From assembly GCA_025056305.1 (NCBI GenBank), contig JANWWJ010000010.1, positions 3,094 through 67,093 on the forward strand: a stretch of DNA of 64,000 bases, in the 5' to 3' direction. This stretch comes from Chitinophagales bacterium. Its GTDB lineage: Bacteria > Bacteroidota > Bacteroidia > Chitinophagales > UBA10324. Positions 17,276-27,401 of this stretch are shown here, one piece after another. Every line of letters starts with the position of its first letter. Within the stretch, counting starts at the first letter, position 1. The notes under the pieces were generated by a model, which ran no database searches, was not told the DNA's origin, and saw only the letters and a program-made list of their open reading frames with translations. The position numbers and the translations under genes were made by a program.

Positions 17276-19489
17276 TTGATTCGTTGCGCACGTAAAACGA
17301 AAGAAAAAACAGTGAGAAGAGGAATTGTGTTGATGCTGTTGACCTACGGCAAGCTGATGTTGGCTGCACCTGCTGTGATTAGCCGCTTTATCTTGGTGGA
17401 TCAGTTCGGATATCTCTGTACTGCAGAAAAAATTGCGGTGATTCGCGACCCGCAGGTCGGCTTTAACGCTGCCGAATCATTCAGCCCGACCACGGGCAGC
17501 AATCAATATGAAGTGCGCCGTTGGCATGATGACGTGGTGGTTTTTTCCGGAAGCATAAAAAAATGGAATAGTGGACTCACCCACAGCCAATCGGGCGATA
17601 AGGTGTGGTGGTTCACCTTTACCGGTCTAACCACTCCGGGGGAATACTACATCTGGGACAAAGGCAAGCAAGTAGGTTCGGTGAAATTCCGCATTGCAGA
17701 TGATGTGTACGCTAATGTGCTTCGCGATGCTGTACGCGTGTTTTATTATCAACGCTGCGGGCATGCCAAGAGTGTCCCTTATGCCGGTAGTGGCTGGACC
17801 GATGCAGCCTGTCACCTGGGCAGTTTGCAAGACCTGGATTGCCGGTTGGTTACTAATCCAGTGCCTGCTACAGCGCGCGACCTGCACGGAGGCTGGCACG
17901 ATGCCGGCGATTACAACAAGTATGTCAATTTCACGTGGTCGCCCGTGACGCAGCTTTTATTGGCCTATCTGGAAAATCCTGGCGTATGGACAGATGATCT
18001 CAACATTCCTGAAAGCGGAAACGGCCTACCCGACCTGCTCGATGAGGTGCGTTACCAGCTCCAATGGCTGCTACGTATGCAAGAAGACGACGGTTCGGTT
18101 CTCAGCATTGTGGGGGTTCAAAATTATGCTTCGGCCTCTCCGCCCTCGGCCGACGTGGCCCAGCGCTTTTACGGCCCGGCAACGACATCGGCTACCTACA
18201 CCGGCGCTGCACTGTTTGCATTGGCAGCAGTAGTTTATAACCAGGTCGGTCTAACGGCTTTTGCCGATAGTCTGTACACAGCCGCAGTAGCAGCCTGGAA
18301 CTGGGCCGAAGCCAACCCAAACGTCACTTTTTATAATTCAGGCATTGTGGGTGCCGGTGAACAGGAAACCGACGATTATGGGCGTATGGTACGCCGTGTT
18401 GCGGCAGCCATCGCTCTTTATCAACGCTCCGGAAATACCGCCTACCGAAGTATCGTTGATGCTCATTATACACAGTTTCACCTGATGCAGTGGGGGTATG
18501 TTTATCCGTTTGAAGGCACCGAACAAGACATGCTGCTGTATTACACTAAGGTGCCTGGCGCCACCACTTCAGTAGTGAATGCAATCAAAAACACGTACAC
18601 AAACTCAGTTAAAACCACCAATCCGGACAATTATCCCGCTTACAAAAACAAGACGGATGCATACCGAGCCCACCTTGCTTCCGGCAATTATACCTGGGGC
18701 AGCAATAGCATCAAATGTGTGCAAGGGCTCATATTCACCAACATGCTGGAATACAACTATAACCCCTCAAATGCCACAAAATATCGCCATGCCGCTGCGG
18801 GTTTTCTGCATTATCTGCACGGCGTGAATCCTTTAGCAACGGTTTACGTTACCAACATGTATAGTGCAGGTGCCGACAGTTGCATTAGAGAAATCTATCA
18901 TGCATGGTTTCACGACGGCAGTCCCTTATGGGATCGGACCGGCGTTTCCACCTATGGCCCGGCACCGGGCTATTTAGCGGGCGGTCCCAATCCTTATTAT
19001 TCCCTTGACGCTTGTTGTCCTTCTGGGTGTTGGAGCTACAACTACTTATGCAATCCCGCCGATGTAACACCTCCCTTAGGCCAGCCTGTGCAGAAGGCAT
19101 ACAAGGATTGGAACACCACTTGGCCCCAAAATTCATGGGAGGTGACCGAACCCTCTATGGGGTATCAGGCCAACTACGTGAAGTTATTGTCATGGTTTGT
19201 TGGAAGCTCTTGCAACAGTCCTCCTATGCGTCCGGTATCAAGGGATGAAAAGCTTCGTTTGCTGGTATATCCCAACCCTGTTACCTCCCACCTGTACATT
19301 TTGGTTCAGGGCATGATCGGACAGCAAGCTTCCTTGAGTATCCGTGATGTTCGAGGCCGCCTTATCTATCAAAATGCAGACCTGTCGTTACCGGCATCGT
19401 TGGAAATAGGCAGTTGGCCCTCGGGACTTTACGTCGTCCAAGTGCAAACCGTTGGTCGAGTAATGTCGCAACAATTTATCAAGCATTGA
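17276..19489 (+). CDS. Glycoside hydrolase family 9 endoglucanase with N-terminal Ig-like domain and T9SS C-terminal sorting domain
   Basis: GH9 signature LHGGWHDAGDYNKY, plus later YHAWFHDGS and GPNP. C-terminus LLVYPNPVTSHLYI...GLYVVQVQT. Start uncertain: TTG 17276, GTG 17312 and ATG 17333 are all possible. Confidence 0.85.
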   Translation: MIRCARKTKEKTVRRGIVLMLLTYGKLMLAAPAVISRFILVDQFGYLCTAEKIAVIRDPQVGFNAAESFSPTTGSNQYEVRRWHDDVVVFSGSIKKWNSGLTHSQSGDKVWWFTFTGLTTPGEYYIWDKGKQVGSVKFRIADDVYANVLRDAVRVFYYQRCGHAKSVPYAGSGWTDAACHLGSLQDLDCRLVTNPVPATARDLHGGWHDAGDYNKYVNFTWSPVTQLLLAYLENPGVWTDDLNIPESGNGLPDLLDEVRYQLQWLLRMQEDDGSVLSIVGVQNYASASPPSADVAQRFYGPATTSATYTGAALFALAAVVYNQVGLTAFADSLYTAAVAAWNWAEANPNVTFYNSGIVGAGEQETDDYGRMVRRVAAAIALYQRSGNTAYRSIVDAHYTQFHLMQWGYVYPFEGTEQDMLLYYTKVPGATTSVVNAIKNTYTNSVKTTNPDNYPAYKNKTDAYRAHLASGNYTWGSNSIKCVQGLIFTNMLEYNYNPSNATKYRHAAAGFLHYLHGVNPLATVYVTNMYSAGADSCIREIYHAWFHDGSPLWDRTGVSTYGPAPGYLAGGPNPYYSLDACCPSGCWSYNYLCNPADVTPPLGQPVQKAYKDWNTTWPQNSWEVTEPSMGYQANYVKLLSWFVGSSCNSPPMRPVSRDEKLRLLVYPNPVTSHLYILVQGMIGQQASLSIRDVRGRLIYQNADLSLPASLEIGSWPSGLYVVQVQTVGRVMSQQFIKH

Positions 19490-19819
19490 TTAAGGATCTT
19501 TCCAGTCAGCTGGGTTTTGCCGGCCTGCCACGGCCGCCTTTTTTTGGTAGCGGTAGGCTATGAGCAAGGCCAGCGCCGCAGCTGCCTGTGGGGCAGGCAG
19601 TTGCAAAGCCCGGAGAGCATGCTCTTCGTTTACGTCCATGCGATAAAGCAGGTATTTCAAACGAAAACGGTCGGTCTGTACGAGCTGCAGCACACAAGGC
19701 TGCAACATCGAGGCCAACTCTTCAACACTCACCGTTTGTGGCCACGTTCGAGCCAGCAGCGAACGCAAAAGGTCTCCTTCTTGAGTTGGTTCTTCCATAA
19801 GCATTACATTTTTGCTCAT
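19490..19819 (-). CDS. Hypothetical small protein
   Basis: 109 aa. The ATG overlaps the stop of the upstream TIGR02757-like gene (ATGA at 19816-19819), which suggests translational coupling. No motif recognised. Confidence 0.5.
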   Translation of the reverse strand: MSKNVMLMEEPTQEGDLLRSLLARTWPQTVSVEELASMLQPCVLQLVQTDRFRLKYLLYRMDVNEEHALRALQLPAPQAAAALALLIAYRYQKKAAVAGRQNPADWKDP

Positions 19820-20598
19820 ATCATACGCTCCATCACGCCCATGCCGAAAAGGGCATAGTCAAAGCGTACGGGATCTTCGGCGTCCAGCTGTTTAAGCTTT
19901 CGGGTAAGTTCCACGGCTGTCTTCCAATTAGGCAGCCCAGTGATGAGGCCCAGCCGCGATGCCACACGCAACACGTGCACATCGCAAGGGCAAACCAACT
20001 GGCGCGGCTGTATTTTTTTCCATATACCGAAGTCAATGCCCTGATCATCTCGGCGCACCATCCAACGAAGAAACATATTGAGCCGCTTACAGGCAGAACC
20101 GCGTTCCGGGGTAGGCAGGTGTTTGCGCGTGCGTTGCGGATGGGGTAATGAAAAAAACAGGCGATGGAAGCCAATAAGGGCTTGCTCAACGGTCTCATCG
20201 TCATGGCTCATGAAGCGAACAAAAGCATCTTCTAAAGTATTATGCTCTTGATAGTGTTGTTGGAGAAATTGTAGAAAATAAAATAAATCAATGTCATGAA
20301 ATGTTCGGTAGCGAAAACCGACAAAGGGCCGCAGGTCAGTTGACTTATGATGGCGGACAAAATCATAAGGGGCAAAGTCCATGAGGCGAAGCAAGGTTTC
20401 GCAACTCTTTAAAATGGAAGAGCGGCGCCCCCAGGCCAGCACGGCAGCAAACAAGCCGGCAATCTCACGATCGGCTTTCTGAAGGAACAAGTGCGGAATA
20501 GCAATCGGATCTTGGGCAATAAAGCACGGCTGGTGATAGAACACGTACTTGGCTTCTAAAAGCTGCTTCAATGCAGGGGGTATGCGTTGCATGGTCAT
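19816..20598 (-). CDS. TIGR02757 (DUF2400) family protein
   Basis: 260 aa. The N-terminal DPIAIPHLF...EIAGLFAAVLAWGRR and later CPCDVHV segments match my recollection of this conserved uncharacterised family. Confidence 0.6.
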   Translation of the reverse strand: MTMQRIPPALKQLLEAKYVFYHQPCFIAQDPIAIPHLFLQKADREIAGLFAAVLAWGRRSSILKSCETLLRLMDFAPYDFVRHHKSTDLRPFVGFRYRTFHDIDLFYFLQFLQQHYQEHNTLEDAFVRFMSHDDETVEQALIGFHRLFFSLPHPQRTRKHLPTPERGSACKRLNMFLRWMVRRDDQGIDFGIWKKIQPRQLVCPCDVHVLRVASRLGLITGLPNWKTAVELTRKLKQLDAEDPVRFDYALFGMGVMERMI

Positions 20599-20599
20599 C

Positions 20600-21370
20600 G
20601 CGCGGCCGCAGTCATGCCGATTTGATGTTGACCCTTACGCCGCAGGCGAATGATGCCGGCAGTATGAAAAATTCGAAGTTCCGCACAAACCGTATCGACT
20701 TAGTATCAGCGCACATGCAACTTGGCCTGAGTAGGAAAACGGTAATGGTTGTTGTGGTGGCTTTCATCCAACATCAACCGATCCACAGGCAGCAGGTTGC
20801 GCGAGGTATCGTTCACCGCAAAAGCGGAGGAACCCAACCTGTTGGCAACCCGTTGAAGATGACCCCATGCAAAGGGGTTTTGCAAAAATGCAACGACAGC
20901 AACAAATACATCCACCACGACGTCGCAAAACTGAGGTAAAAGCACTAGCAGCCAATGCATCATATCATTCGTGCAATTCAGTTTTCGGCAAACTTCTTGA
21001 AGGGCTTACAACAAGAAATGCCTTTCTTGAACTGTTCGGCAAATGGGCGTGTGCCGCAAAGTTGCGGCTGCAGTAAAAGCGTACATCCCACACTAGGTAC
21101 CAGAAACTGCCTTCGTTTTAGTGGGAATTGGGATCCAATTCAGGATTGACCTGGCCTCGTCGTTGCAGAGTGTCACATGCAGGACAGCTTTTGTAAGAAC
21201 TCCTCTGAACCACACAGTCCAACACCATGAAAATGCGCTCAGGAATGTGGGGCAAGGTAAGCTGCTGTTGTGCTGCGTAGCTATTGCTGCAGAAGACTTT
21301 AAAAAAACAACGATACATGCCAGTGCGCTGCGAAAAAGCCAAGACAGGCCGTGCAAAACAAGATGCTCAT
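20600..21370 (-). pseudogene. Decayed membrane fatty-acid (acyl-CoA/acyl-lipid) desaturase-like pseudogene
   Basis: Minus strand: ATG 21370 gives MSILFCTACLGFFAAHWHVSLFF, then a stop immediately after a T7 run (21301-21307). The reading continues in another frame (KVFCSNSYAAQ...QRRGQVNPELDPNSH, stop at 21118), then a third frame (..AEQFKKG..FKKFAEN, stop), then ORF 20963..20706 (..NDTSRNLLPVDRLMLDESHHNNHYRFP..). The last segment resembles the D-x-SRN ... GEGWHNNHH-x-FP region of delta-9 desaturases. Confidence 0.6.
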
Positions 21371-21453
21371 GTTCCGTATGAGATCAGAGGCAATATGAAT
21401 ACGCGCGAAGACAGTGTATAAAGTACAACATCTGCTGCAGAGAGCAGTGTCGA

Positions 21454-22950
21454 TTAGTTGGCAAAAGGGGTGGGGAGTGTGCGCAGAAACTGAACGGTAG
21501 CGGAAAGATCGGCATGTAATTCACGATCGCGGTCCTGAAAAGGCACCACCTTTCGGTACTCAGCCAAGAACTTTTCGATCAGGGATGAGCTGTGTTCAGG
21601 CCTTCGGAAGTCCATGGCTTGCGCCGCACACATCAGCTCTATGGCTAAAATTTTTTCCAGATTGGCCACCACCCGACAACATTTAACAGCCGCGTTGGCA
21701 CCCATACTTACATGGTCTTCCTGCCCGTTGCTGCTGGGGATGGAATCCACAGAAGCGGGAAAACAAAGTTGTTTGTTTTCACTGACCAGCGCTGCTGCTG
21801 TATACTGAGCAATCATCAATCCCGAATGCAAGCCGGGATTGGCCACCAAATAAGGAGGCAACCCCCGTTGGCCACTGAGCAATAAGAAAGTACGTCGTTC
21901 AGAAATGCTGCCTAATTCGGCCAGGGCAATGGCTAAAAAATCCAAGGCTATTGCCAGAGGCTGACCGTGGAAGTTGCCGCCACTTATGATTTGACGACTT
22001 TCGGGCAAGATTATTGGATTGTCGGTGACCGCATTGATCTCAGTGCTGACTAAACGTTCGCAAAAACCAATCACATCCTTGCTAGTGCCGTGCACTTGTG
22101 GAATACAGCGGAATGAATATGGATCCTGAACATCGTCCTTTCGGCGGTTAAACAATGGACTGTCGCTCAATACCTGCTGCACAAATGCGGCAGTCATCAA
22201 TTGGCCATGGTGGGGCCGGAGTCGATGGAGGTCCAGCACGAAAGGATCGGCACTGCAGGCAAAGGCGTCCAACGATATGGAAGCAATCAAATCTGCGAAA
22301 AGCGACCAGCGGCGAGCCCGCAACAACAAATGGACGGCGTAAGCACACATGAACTGGGTTCCGTTGAGCAAAGCCAAGCCTTCCTTGCTGCGCAAGCGAA
22401 GAGGAGTCCAACCGGCCGCGCTCAGCGCTTCTGCACTACGCCAGCGTGCACCACGCCAGAAAACTTCACCCTTACCTATCAGGGGCAGCGTCAGGTGCGC
22501 CAATGGAGCCAGGTCACCACTGGCGCCCAACGATCCTTGCTCATATACAACGGGCAACATGTCGGCATTGTACATATCCACCAGCCGTTGTACCGTATCC
22601 AGAGCTACGCCAGAATAACCATACGCTAAGCTTTGAATTTTCAGCAGCAACATCAGTCGAACGATTTCGGGCGGCACCTCGGATCCGGTACCGCACGCAT
22701 GGCTCATAACCAGATTTAACTGCAGCTGTTCCAGCTCATGATCGGGTATGCGTATGTTGCGCAGCGATCCAAAGCCGGTGTTGATGCCATAGAAAGGAGA
22801 TGAAGAATTTTTTAATGCGTCATCCAAAAAGCTGCGGCCGCGAGCAATTCGTCGGCAGGCCTCCTCGGACAAGTGAATGGGCACGTTTTCATCCAGAAGT
22901 TTCTGAATGATTTCCAAGGACAGCGGTGCTGCACCAATGGGCTGGCTCAT
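21454..22950 (-). CDS. hutH: Histidine ammonia-lyase family (MIO-dependent aromatic amino acid lyase)
   Basis: 498 aa. MIO-forming GSLGASGDLAPLAHL, YGINTGFG, LVMSHACG, KEGLALLNGTQ. Aligns with HAL throughout. No hutU or hutI nearby. Confidence 0.85.
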   Translation of the reverse strand: MSQPIGAAPLSLEIIQKLLDENVPIHLSEEACRRIARGRSFLDDALKNSSSPFYGINTGFGSLRNIRIPDHELEQLQLNLVMSHACGTGSEVPPEIVRLMLLLKIQSLAYGYSGVALDTVQRLVDMYNADMLPVVYEQGSLGASGDLAPLAHLTLPLIGKGEVFWRGARWRSAEALSAAGWTPLRLRSKEGLALLNGTQFMCAYAVHLLLRARRWSLFADLIASISLDAFACSADPFVLDLHRLRPHHGQLMTAAFVQQVLSDSPLFNRRKDDVQDPYSFRCIPQVHGTSKDVIGFCERLVSTEINAVTDNPIILPESRQIISGGNFHGQPLAIALDFLAIALAELGSISERRTFLLLSGQRGLPPYLVANPGLHSGLMIAQYTAAALVSENKQLCFPASVDSIPSSNGQEDHVSMGANAAVKCCRVVANLEKILAIELMCAAQAMDFRRPEHSSSLIEKFLAEYRKVVPFQDRDRELHADLSATVQFLRTLPTPFAN

Positions 22951-22960
22951 GGAAAAAGTG

Positions 22961-23003
22961 AAGATACAAGAGCTGAACCTTTACGATCTGCAAGATACAA
23001 GAG
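22961..23003. repeat. Two perfect 12-nt direct repeats AAGATACAAGAG (22961-22972 and 22992-23003) in the hutH upstream / dnaJ downstream gap
   Basis: Read directly from the sequence. The intergenic region is only 60 nt. Confidence 0.6.
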
Positions 23004-23010
23004 GATCGTA

Positions 23011-24174
<1,164 letters not shown>

Positions 24175-24816
24175 TTATTTTCCTACGACCACCTTAGCGT
24201 GTCGGATTATTTTATCGTTTAGGTAGTACCCACATTCTACCTCATCAACCACTTTCCCTCGCTGCTCTTCACCTGCTTCAATTTCGCTGATGGCTTCGTG
24301 TAGGTCAGGCGAATAAGGTTCACCCACCGATTGCATTGGTTTTAGCCCTCGGGCCTCCAAAACTGCGCGGAGTTTTTGATAAATCAAACGGACTCCTTCT
24401 ACCATTGGATCATTGGCGGCTTCCAGCTGCTTCAACGCTCGCGTAAAATCATCCAACACCGGCAGCAAAGAAAGCATGATATCGGAACCGGCTAACCGAA
24501 GCATTTCCATTCGTTCGCGCAGCATGCGCTTCTTGTAGTTCTCAAATTCAGCGTACAAGCGAAGGTATTTGTCTTCGGTTTCGGCCAGCTTTTGGCTGAT
24601 GGTTTCTAAGTTCTGCTTTAGGACAGCTGGATCATCCTGTTCCAGCGCTTTCGGTGCTTCCTGAACAGCAGAAAGTTCGCCATCGTTGCCATTCCCGATG
24701 CTTGGGCTTTCCGTCTGCGAAACACGGGCTGCGTCGCCTCCCGAAACTGTCAAGGATTCTGCAACTTCTGTGTGCTCGTCTTGTCTTGTTTCGGTCAATT
24801 TTTCTTTCTCATTCAT
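24175..24816 (-). CDS. grpE: Nucleotide exchange factor GrpE
   Basis: Start moved to ATG 24816 (MNEKEKL). Coiled-coil region then the GrpE C-terminal beta domain (..VECGYYLNDKIIRHAKVVVGK). Sits 3 nt upstream of dnaJ. Confidence 0.9.
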   Translation of the reverse strand: MNEKEKLTETRQDEHTEVAESLTVSGGDAARVSQTESPSIGNGNDGELSAVQEAPKALEQDDPAVLKQNLETISQKLAETEDKYLRLYAEFENYKKRMLRERMEMLRLAGSDIMLSLLPVLDDFTRALKQLEAANDPMVEGVRLIYQKLRAVLEARGLKPMQSVGEPYSPDLHEAISEIEAGEEQRGKVVDEVECGYYLNDKIIRHAKVVVGK

Positions 24817-25280
24817 CGCCTCATCACCTCCTAGGCACTTTTGTAAAGCTTCAAAGTGCTTGCCACTGTCTTGCAGCCGACAATATGTCAGCAAATGCGA
24901 GACGGCTGACGCTCGATGCAAAATTACATTGCGGCAAACCACAGGCCGCCATGGTCAAAAGAAGGGGGTCCAAAAGTTGTTAGAGGCCAAGTGCACGACA
25001 TCGGATCGCAGCATAACAGCAACGGTGCGGTTGCTTTTACCTATGCTCTTCGCCACATTTGACGGGCACGCCCACGTACCTGCGAAGTGCAGCTCTCTTG
25101 CATGATGAAAAAAACATCCGTTGTATCTTGCCGGCCCTTTTTCTGCCTGTTCAGGAGCAGTATGTTGTTACGACTAAAAAATGCTTTGTTTCAAAAATTT
25201 ATGCAGAGAATTGGCAACAAAGGATAGTTTAGCGCACTTTTTTTAAGCAATAATGTTCACCTAAAAAATGCGTAAATAAC

Positions 25281-26396
25281 ATGAAAGAGTATCGCGTGCT
25301 TGGCATCATGACGGGAAGTTCTTTAGATGGCGTAGATCTGGCTTACTGTATTTTGCGCGAAGACCAGCAGCGCTGGAGCTATGAAATTAAGGAGGCGGAA
25401 TGCATTCCGTATCCACCACTTTGGAAACAGCGGCTGCTGAATTTAGTGTTGCAGAATGCAGTCAACTACCTGAAAGCGGATGCACATTTCGGGCATTTCT
25501 TGGGAGAAACCGCTCGGCGCTTTATCATGGAGCGTCAACTGGAAGATCAGATTGATTTCATCGCCTCGCACGGGCAAACCATCTTTCACCAGCCGGAGAA
25601 TCAAATGACCAGCCAGATCGGCGATGGTGCTGCCATTGTCGCCGAAACGGGTTATCCGGTTATCTGCAATTTCCGTACTATAGATGTGGCCCTTGGCGGT
25701 CAGGGCACACCCATGGCGCCCGTCATAGATAAATTATTTTTTCCTGAATACAAGTTCTGTCTCAATCTGGGTGGTATCGCCAACATCAGCCTCAAAAAAG
25801 ATGGCCGCATGATCGGTTACGATATCTGCGGGGCGAACATGGTCCTGAACATGCTGTGTTCTACGGTAGGTTTGGATATGGACAAAGACGGCGAAATTGC
25901 CCGCTCCGGCACGGTGAACCACCAGTTGATGGACGAGCTCAACAGCCAGTGGTATTACGACAAACCCTATCCTAAATCTATCGGTGGCGGATGGGTGACC
26001 AAGGTGTTTCTGCCGGTGTTTCGCAAATACCGCCTGAAGTTGGAAGATGCCTTATGCACGGCCACCGAACACATTGCAGCGCAAATCGGTAAGGATATCA
26101 AAAAAATATATGTGACCGAAGGCATGGAATTGCGGGACGACGATGCCGTGCTCGTTACCGGCGGTGGCGTGTTCAACAAGTTTTTATTGGAGCGCATCAA
26201 CCATCATGTTCCGATCAGTGTGGTAGTAGCCGACCCGTTGACCAGCAAGTTCAAGGAAGCATTGCTGGTTGCCTTGATGGGAGTACTGCGTCTGCGCGGG
26301 GAGGTGAACATGTTTGCCTCGGTTACCGGAGCACGCGAAGATTCCTGTGGCGGCGAAATTTATCAGTCGCTCCACCGGCCGTTACGGGGCGCTTAA
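25281..26396 (+). CDS. anmK: Anhydro-N-acetylmuramic acid kinase
   Basis: N-terminal GIMTGSSLDGVDLA, HGQTIFH, GDGAAIV, VTGGGVFN motifs. 371 aa. Confidence 0.9.
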   Translation: MKEYRVLGIMTGSSLDGVDLAYCILREDQQRWSYEIKEAECIPYPPLWKQRLLNLVLQNAVNYLKADAHFGHFLGETARRFIMERQLEDQIDFIASHGQTIFHQPENQMTSQIGDGAAIVAETGYPVICNFRTIDVALGGQGTPMAPVIDKLFFPEYKFCLNLGGIANISLKKDGRMIGYDICGANMVLNMLCSTVGLDMDKDGEIARSGTVNHQLMDELNSQWYYDKPYPKSIGGGWVTKVFLPVFRKYRLKLEDALCTATEHIAAQIGKDIKKIYVTEGMELRDDDAVLVTGGGVFNKFLLERINHHVPISVVVADPLTSKFKEALLVALMGVLRLRGEVNMFASVTGAREDSCGGEIYQSLHRPLRGA

Positions 26397-26402
26397 ACGG
26401 TG

Positions 26403-27392
26403 ATGACCGTTCTGGTTACCGGCGCATCGGGATTTCTGGGCCTGCACCTTGTGCGTCGGTTGATAACCAAAGGGGCCGCAGTGCGTGCGCTGTATCACCA
26501 GCACGCTCCACGCCTTGATCCTCAGGATCCGGCAGCTCAGGCTCAGTGGGTTGCATGCAATATCCTCAACCCCGATGCCGTACTGGAAGTCATGGACGGC
26601 TGTCGGTATTGCTATCACACGGCAGCTCTCGTGAGTTTTGCTGGTTCATGGAAACAGGTGTATGCCATAAATGTGCAGGGAACGGCACATGTCGTAAATG
26701 CAGCCTTACGTACCGGAATAGCAAAACTGGTTCACGTCAGCAGTGTAGCGGCCATAGGTCGCGGTCATGGTCAGGAAGTGCTCAACGAGCAGGCACCGTG
26801 GCGTGAAGATGCGTTCACTACCCATTACGCCCGCAGCAAGCGCCGGGCAGAGCTGGAGGTATTTCGAGGAATTGCTGAGGGCCTTCAGGCCGTTATTGTG
26901 AATCCTGCACTGATTTTAGGACCAGGTAATTGGCATAAAGGCCCCCCGCATTTTTTCCTGCGGGTTCGCCGCGGCATGTGGTTTTATCCCTCCGGCGGCA
27001 CTTCTATGGTTGATGTGGACGATGTCGTTTCAGTCATGATCGCATTGATGGAAGGCCCTTTTTATGCAGAGCGCTTTATTGTCAGTGCCGAAGACCTGAG
27101 CTTTAAAACTTTGTTCACCACCATTGCAAAACTGATTGGGGCACCGCCCCCTCGAGTGCGCCTGGGGCGCGTGGCTATGGAATGTTTGTGGAGGCTTGAA
27201 TGGTTGAGACACCTGTTGACGGGAAGCCGTCCTTTGATTAGCCGCGAAACGGCTCGGTTGAGCTGCGCCTGGTCGCGGTTTGATAGTAGTAAGGTGCAGC
27301 GGGCCTTAGGTTTTCAGTTCCAGCCCATTCGCATTTGCCTGGAACGCACGGCAGAGGCGTTTTTGCAGGCGGAAAAAGCAGGAGCTTTATAA
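26403..27392 (+). CDS. NAD-dependent epimerase/dehydratase (extended SDR) family protein
   Basis: Rossmann motif VLVTGASGFLGLHLVRRL and catalytic YARSK (YxxxK). ATG 26403 chosen over GTG 26400. Confidence 0.85.
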   Translation: MTVLVTGASGFLGLHLVRRLITKGAAVRALYHQHAPRLDPQDPAAQAQWVACNILNPDAVLEVMDGCRYCYHTAALVSFAGSWKQVYAINVQGTAHVVNAALRTGIAKLVHVSSVAAIGRGHGQEVLNEQAPWREDAFTTHYARSKRRAELEVFRGIAEGLQAVIVNPALILGPGNWHKGPPHFFLRVRRGMWFYPSGGTSMVDVDDVVSVMIALMEGPFYAERFIVSAEDLSFKTLFTTIAKLIGAPPPRVRLGRVAMECLWRLEWLRHLLTGSRPLISRETARLSCAWSRFDSSKVQRALGFQFQPIRICLERTAEAFLQAEKAGAL

Positions 27393-27401
27393 GATGTTGT
27401 T

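Noticed and set aside
20571-20939. 122-aa plus-strand ORF and several 60-90-aa ORFs in the 20.6-21.4 kb gap, considered as real small genes
   Set aside because: They are better explained as frame fragments or antisense shadows of the desaturase-like pseudogene on the minus strand.
24817-24942. A 42-codon upstream extension of grpE (MVCRNVILHRAS...)
   Set aside because: GrpE homology starts after the internal ATG at 24816. The extension is Cys/His-rich and unlike GrpE N-termini.
25228-25250. TTAGCGCAC... resembling the left half of a CIRCE heat-shock operator, near the grpE upstream region
   Set aside because: There is no matching right half-site (GAGTGCTAA) at the required 9-nt spacing, and the left half already has mismatches.
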